Notes under the pieces: generated by a model
Seen by the model: only the letters and a program-made list of their open reading frames with translations
What the model was told of the DNA's origin: nothing
Database searches by the model: none
Shown here: piece after piece, positions 58,133 to 59,261 of the stretch
How positions within the stretch are numbered: position 1 is the first letter of the stretch
Layout: each line of letters begins with the position of its first letter
Position numbers and translations under genes: made by a program
Assembly (NCBI GenBank): GCA_039591655.1
Contig: JBDHDE010000033.1
Span: 1 to 59,261, forward strand
Reading direction: 5' to 3'
Length of the DNA stretch: 59,261 bases
From: Gemmatimonadota bacterium
GTDB taxonomy: Bacteria; Gemmatimonadota; Gemmatimonadetes; Gemmatimonadales; GWC2-71-9

Positions 58133-58591
58133 GTGCCCGATTCCGTGAGCCGGTTCCTTGGCCGTGAGCGCTTTGCGGTCGCTGGCGTCTCGCGAAACAC
58201 ACGCCAGCCGGCCAACGCCATATACCGGAAGCTCCGTGACACCGGGTATGAGGTGGTGCCAGTCAATCCCAACGCTTCCGCGGCCGAAGGGGCAACCTGT
58301 TATCCCGACCTCGCTGCTGTTCCCGGGCAGATCGACGGCGTTGTCGTTGCCACACACCCGGATGTCTCGGCGGAGCTCGTGCGCCAGTGCGGAGAGCGCG
58401 GCGTTGGCCATGTGTGGTTTCACCGCTCTTTCGGACAAGGCAGTGTGTCGGAGGAAGCCATCCAGGAGTGTGATCGGCTTGGCCTACAATGCATTGTTGG
58501 TGGGTGTCCGCTCATGTATTGCGAACCAGTGGACATCGGCCATCGGTGCATGCGCTGGTGGCTTCGGCGACGACGTCGTGTGCCGAGCTGA
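58133..58591 (+). CDS. CoA-binding domain protein (cassette 1)
   Basis: FAVAGVSR, PVNP, CYPDL, VWF, GCP; bounded by complementary attC cores. Confidence 0.88.
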   Translation: MPDSVSRFLGRERFAVAGVSRNTRQPANAIYRKLRDTGYEVVPVNPNASAAEGATCYPDLAAVPGQIDGVVVATHPDVSAELVRQCGERGVGHVWFHRSFGQGSVSEEAIQECDRLGLQCIVGGCPLMYCEPVDIGHRCMRWWLRRRRRVPS

Positions 58592-58595
58592 GGCT

Positions 58596-58637
58596 GTCTA
58601 ACCCGCACATGCACCTGCTGAGACGCTGACGTTAGAC
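58596..58637 (+). mobile_element. Internally deleted attC site (42 bp)
   Basis: GTCTAAC (RYYYAAC) ... GTTAGAC (GTTRRRY); left arm matches the site at 59141 in 25/29 nt; no L' box. Confidence 0.75.
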
Positions 58638-58647
58638 GCCACATTAT

Positions 58648-59145
58648 GTGTCGCGGGCGAATCTGCACCTTCCGGTGAACGAGCACGCTGGCCGCAAGAT
58701 CATCCGGGCTGACAGGGCTCTCAGGAGGTTGACCCTGGTCGGCGTGGCGGTGGTGCTGTTGGCTGGAGTCATCGCTTTCGTCTACACAGAGTCATTCTTG
58801 CATGACATGAAGGCGCTAGCCCGGGAGTCGCCGAGTCACGCAGCAGCGAGAGTCGGCCTGGTACTGAAGCTCGTCGCCATAGGTGCCGCCGTGATCCCCA
58901 TTGCGGTTGGCGCCTACCTCACTCGCGTTGCGATGCTGACATGGCGGAGCAGCGAGTTTCCACCCCCAGGGACCCGAGTCCTCAGGAACACTACGGTCAC
59001 CACAGGACCGACAAGCCGACGTTGGGCCGTCTTCGCGTTTCTCGTGGCGGTGGTACTTCTGTTGGGTGGAATCTTGGTCCCGCTGGTGACATGGAATCTG
59101 GTGGAGGGCCGTCTCCGGAGCAGCGCTGTTCCCGGTGGCTTCTAA
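58648..59145 (+). CDS. Hypothetical 3-TM membrane protein (cassette 2)
   Basis: Three hydrophobic helices, FPPPG motif; TAA stop lies inside TTCTAAC. Confidence 0.7.
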   Translation: MSRANLHLPVNEHAGRKIIRADRALRRLTLVGVAVVLLAGVIAFVYTESFLHDMKALARESPSHAAARVGLVLKLVAIGAAVIPIAVGAYLTRVAMLTWRSSEFPPPGTRVLRNTTVTTGPTSRRWAVFAFLVAVVLLLGGILVPLVTWNLVEGRLRSSAVPGGF

Positions 59146-59261
59146 CCCGCGCATGTACCTGCAGAGGCGAGAGAAGCGTGCTGTCCGCGACGGTGTCGTA
59201 CTGTGCGGGCTTGGCCCGGGGGTCCAACGGACCTAAGTTGTTCGATGGTCACCACCTCGGG
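59140..59261 (+). mobile_element. attC site, left part (runs off the window)
   Basis: TTCTAAC-CCGCG-CATGTACCTGCAGAGG overlapping the ORF stop; GAGG (59164-67) can pair with CCTC (59255-58). Confidence 0.7.

Overview
High-GC bacterial chromosomal window from a diderm (lpxH-like, lptE, Omp85 genes). The gene set resembles Gemmatimonadota, but that is inference only. It is mostly core genes: carA (partial), HU/IHF, moaDE, trmL, mdh, groES-groEL with a CIRCE operator, serS, pcrA/uvrD, murA, rimP-nusA-ylxQ-infB-ylxP-rbfA-truB-ribF, secDF, tatD, fhs, ridA, deoC, rph and rdgB. Signals the ORF track misses: (1) an AhpD-like redox protein split at an in-frame TGA in a CxxU motif, followed by a SECIS-like hairpin (10238-10810), with a tRNA-Sec (selC) at 43796-43892, so a probable selenoprotein; (2) an integron-type cassette array with no integrase in the window and damaged attC sites (about 58066-59261), preceded by an Arg-rich 'ERR' microprotein and a frameshifted PP2C gene; (3) a HEAT-repeat/HD-GYP gene pair that share a paralogous N-terminal 'YPxGH' domain; (4) an outer-membrane locus with an exported HEAT-cyclophilin, a metallopeptidase-propeller-Omp85 fusion, a lipoprotein and LptE. 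Smaller anomalies include an Asp-type MurA with a defective 5' end, a probable CTG start for truB, a rimP leader terminator and several probable leaderless genes. All calls were made by eye; no database search was run.
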